From: Nemertoderma westbladi
Taxonomy: Eukaryota > Animalia > Xenacoelomorpha
Length of the DNA stretch: 51,296 bases
Direction: 5' to 3'
Assembly: GCA_032718475.1 (NCBI GenBank)
Contig: JAUCBJ010000889.1
Coordinates: forward strand, 1-51,296
Of the stretch, positions 48,282 to 51,296 are shown piece by piece. The translations under genes and the position numbers were made by a program. Within the stretch, counting starts at the first letter, position 1, and the number at the start of each line of letters is the position of its first letter. The notes beneath the pieces are model-generated. The model saw nothing but the letters and a program-made list of their open reading frames with translations, did no database searches and was not told the DNA's origin.

Positions 48282-49297
48282 GCTCTGAGTTGAACTAATA
48301 CAATTTTTAATAAGGAAACAGCTTATTTCTGCGAGTTAAATTATCGTGCAGTAGGGAGCTCATTTTTGACTCATACTGTTTGGAATATGACTATTTTATT
48401 TACAGCCACATTTACTATTTACAACTGTATGGCAATATTCCTGATCTCTTACGGGGTCAGGCAAAGACAACTTTACTCTATAGTATTTACAGTATACCGG
48501 TATTGATACAGAATATGATACCCTGACCTTTTTGAAATTTCCCACCACCACAAACAAACATACTTTCCCACAAACAAAGAAATGTATCATTGGAATTGGT
48601 AGGTTTTCTCATGTTACAATAAGTGTGGAATTATTGTACTGTTTATAGCAGAGTAAGTGTCTTTTTCAAAAATTACGAGTGTACAGAACAGTGAGTGTGG
48701 AAAAATAGTAATGTAAGTTCATATAAGTACATAAGGGTCACTCATCAAAGAAAGTACAATTTTTAATGTCGTTTTATTCCTGGTAAAATAAATTATTATA
48801 AAAATATATGTATATAAATTTGTTCGTATTTGAATAGTTTCGTGATTTGCCAAATCGGTTGGATCTATATATGGGAGTCTAGAACTGACACGTTATATTC
48901 GTCGAATATGTGGCCATATTGTCGATACAGTGCTGTGTTATTCCACAACGTTTATAGCCATTATAAAAGACCGCATATAACTGTAAATCGATACTTTTTA
49001 TTTACCAATTACCATTATTTAAATTCAAATTTTAAGCCCACCACCAACACTGTCAGTAAAAACTCTAACACTCTCCATAAATAATGTTCGTTGTGGCGTT
49101 TTACATGTTTTCGTTTAAGTTTCCCAATGTAATTATGGTCAGTTCAGGCATTACAGTCTATTTTACATATTGAATGCATGAGTTTAACCTTCTTTCCCAA
49201 CCCTCTTTAAATCGGAGCAAATTTGTAGAAATTTTCGAAACAGTTTCATATCGAGTCAACTTAAACTTTGTAAAAAAAATTTTAATTGGTAGTTCGT

Positions 49298-49828
49298 CCG
49301 ATGTAACAGGCTGAGATAACTCCCCGCCAAATATGACTCCCCAGTCTTTTCAGCCTAGGCTGAGAACACCCCCAGTTTTCTTCCAAGATTTCTTAATTAA
49401 CGGAAAGGAGCAGGTTACAGTGGCGGGCTTTTCTAACCAAAACAATAAACGATAACTCATTAACATAGGTAACAGTTTAATTTTTGCAATATACGAAATT
49501 AGCACAGGTACGGATATTAATTATAACTCAATTAGGGTAGTCATATCAGCCTAAGGGGAGTCATCTCATCCTAAGAGGAGTCATCTCAGCCTAAGGGGAG
49601 TCAACTCAGCCTAAGGGGAGTCATCTCAGCCTAAGGGGAGTCATATCAGCCTAAGGGGAGTGATATCAGCCTAAGGGGAGTCATATCAGCTTAAGGGGAG
49701 TCATCTCAGCCTAAGGGGAGTGTTCTAAGTCTAGACTATGATAACTGGGAGTGGAGAGTGTTATCAACCTAGGCTTAGACGACTGGGGAGTCATTTCAAG
49801 AGGGAGTTATCTCAGCCTTGTAAACCAG
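49298..49828. mobile_element. MITE with TIRs and an internal 20-bp tandem array
   Basis: aggctgagataactccc..atgactccccagtc (~49308-49347) is inverted at ~49781-49818; internal repeats resemble the TIR motif. Confidence 0.7.
49541..49720. repeat. 20-bp tandem repeat TCATCTCAGCCTAAGGGGAG x9
   Basis: Directly visible. Confidence 0.95.
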
Positions 49829-50240
49829 CACTATTGACTGCTGTTAGACCGAAGATTAAATTGGTAGTTCGTCTAGTCCAATATATTTGACCGAGTCCTA
49901 CGTTCGAATTTATATGTGTGCAATCCAATCTGATCAAGGATTGTTTTTATAGCTTTGGAGACTGTTGGTACAAATCGTATAAAACATTAAGTATCATCTG
50001 TAAGATTGGGTGCTTCTGTTAGTTCTGGGTGTGGAGGTTTTTATCAACCATATCTAGCGGGTTGTTGTTTATATTAACATAACAGTATATCAGTGTCTTC
50101 GGCTCAGAAATAGTTCAAACAACTTATCTTTATAATTTTAACCATCCTATTGTCCCGTTTATCATTGCTACCGTATAATACGTAATATTGGATGTCAACT
50201 CTGTGGAAAGACTGCTTAACAATAATTATACTTTATACAG

Positions 50241-51296
50241 GAGATGTTGGCGGCACAATTACAGTAATTGATAGTGAAGGTCAAACTGAAACAAAGAAAA
50301 GTATCAAACAGGTGGAAAGTATATTGGAGAAAACTGAAGAATTAAAGGGAATTGTTGAGTATATCGGATGGGTTGGTCCCATAAATAAACCACTCCAGGG
50401 TAAGATAAATAATATAATTAAGTCTACTGTTGATGTTCTTTCTGATAAGGAAAAACAACTTTACTTTAGACTGGATGCAGATATTTCTGAGTTAACAACA
50501 CAGAATCTGGTTAGTATTTGGGGTTTAGATGAAGTTTCAACAATAGAAATCGTTAAGAAATTCAGAGACTTGGGACTTCTGTCTACAAGTGAATTAAATT
50601 CACTTAAAGTTCCAAAACTTTTAATTAATTATATAAAAGAACAAAAACTGCCAATAGAGATACTGGCGAGAGGCCCAGAAGCATTGGCTGCTTATAAAGC
50701 AGCTCTTTCTAAAGGGACTACATGGATACTGAAAACCCGGTTAATGTTAGTTGGACAAGAGAGGGCTGGTAAAACAAGTTTGAAGAAGGCCCTTATTGGT
50801 CAACCTTTTGATATGAATGAACCAATAACTGATGGTATTGACTCATCTGCTAACTGTATTATAAATACCGAACAAAACACAGATTGGACCAACTTACGAG
50901 ATAAAGATAAAGAAAACTTGGAGAAAGATGTCAATGACTTTGTTACTAAACAAATAGCAAAAACTGTTCTAGAAAGTAAACAAGTTGCAGATAATAAAAG
51001 TGATGATTCTGGAACTCCTGGAAAGGTTGTTGGAAGTGCGACTCCGATAGTTTCAACCTCTTCATCAGCAGCTAATGCTAAACCTACAAAGATTCCTATT
51101 ACAGTTGCAAGTGGAAGTGCTGAAAAAGTTTCAACCGTTAGTTTGTGGAGGAGGTTAGTTTCCAAAATTACACGCAATAAAGAACAGATCAGTAATGAAT
51201 GTGAAGTCAGGGTCACAGAGGGAAGCATTGGTAGACATAGAGAAGGTACAGGATATATTCAATCCAAACATGATTCTTCTGAAATACAAATCCCTC
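50241..51296 (+). CDS. Exon of a Roco-family protein: end of WD40, APAF-1-like winged helix, start of Roc GTPase (partial; runs off the window, absent from the ORF track)
   Basis: My translation from 50243 is open to the end. It contains PIEILARGPEALAAYKAALSKG..RLMLVGQERAGKTSL (P-loop 50753-50779) and TDGID (switch I), typical of invertebrate Roc domains. Confidence 0.85.

Larger units (their letters stand above)
46929..50240 (+). other. Phase-1 spliceosomal intron (3312 bp)
   Basis: GT...ctttatacAG. Joining gives DDRHIITG|DVGGTITVID, completing a WD40 repeat. Confidence 0.7.

Noticed and set aside
49284-49873. 15-bp direct repeat AATTGGTAGTTCGTC as TSD of the MITE
   Set aside because: The right copy is ~30 bp from the TIR, so it is not a simple target-site duplication.
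50800-51228. 142-aa - strand ORF
   Set aside because: Antisense shadow of the + strand Roc exon.

Overview
Eukaryotic (probably invertebrate metazoan) repeat-rich DNA, with no prokaryotic features. Left 8 kb: end of a DNA-transposon-like element, a decayed CRE-clade non-LTR retrotransposon, a 5'-truncated RTE-like LINE with a 12-bp TSD plus a deleted second copy, and a hairpin-rich MITE. Centre: an ~18-kb C-rich 42-bp tandem array (Pro/Thr/Ser mucin-like in one frame, almost stop-free in all three + frames) interrupted by a young, full-length 16.1-kb BEL/Pao LTR retrotransposon (- strand, ~2.26-kb near-identical LTRs, CACAG TSD). The element is unusual. A 20-nt hairpin recurs 8 times in non-coding DNA and in all three reading frames, with a compensatory stem change. 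A strong 3' splice site precedes small Cys/His and Arg-rich ORFs after integrase. The LTR carries a tRNA-like A/B-box module, and there is no canonical PBS. Together these suggest a complex-retrovirus-like (Rev/RRE- or Tat/TAR-like) control system; this is inference. Right end: a spliced host gene joining WD40 repeats, an APAF-1-like winged helix and a Roc GTPase, running off the window. All alignments and counts were done by eye; no database searches were run.
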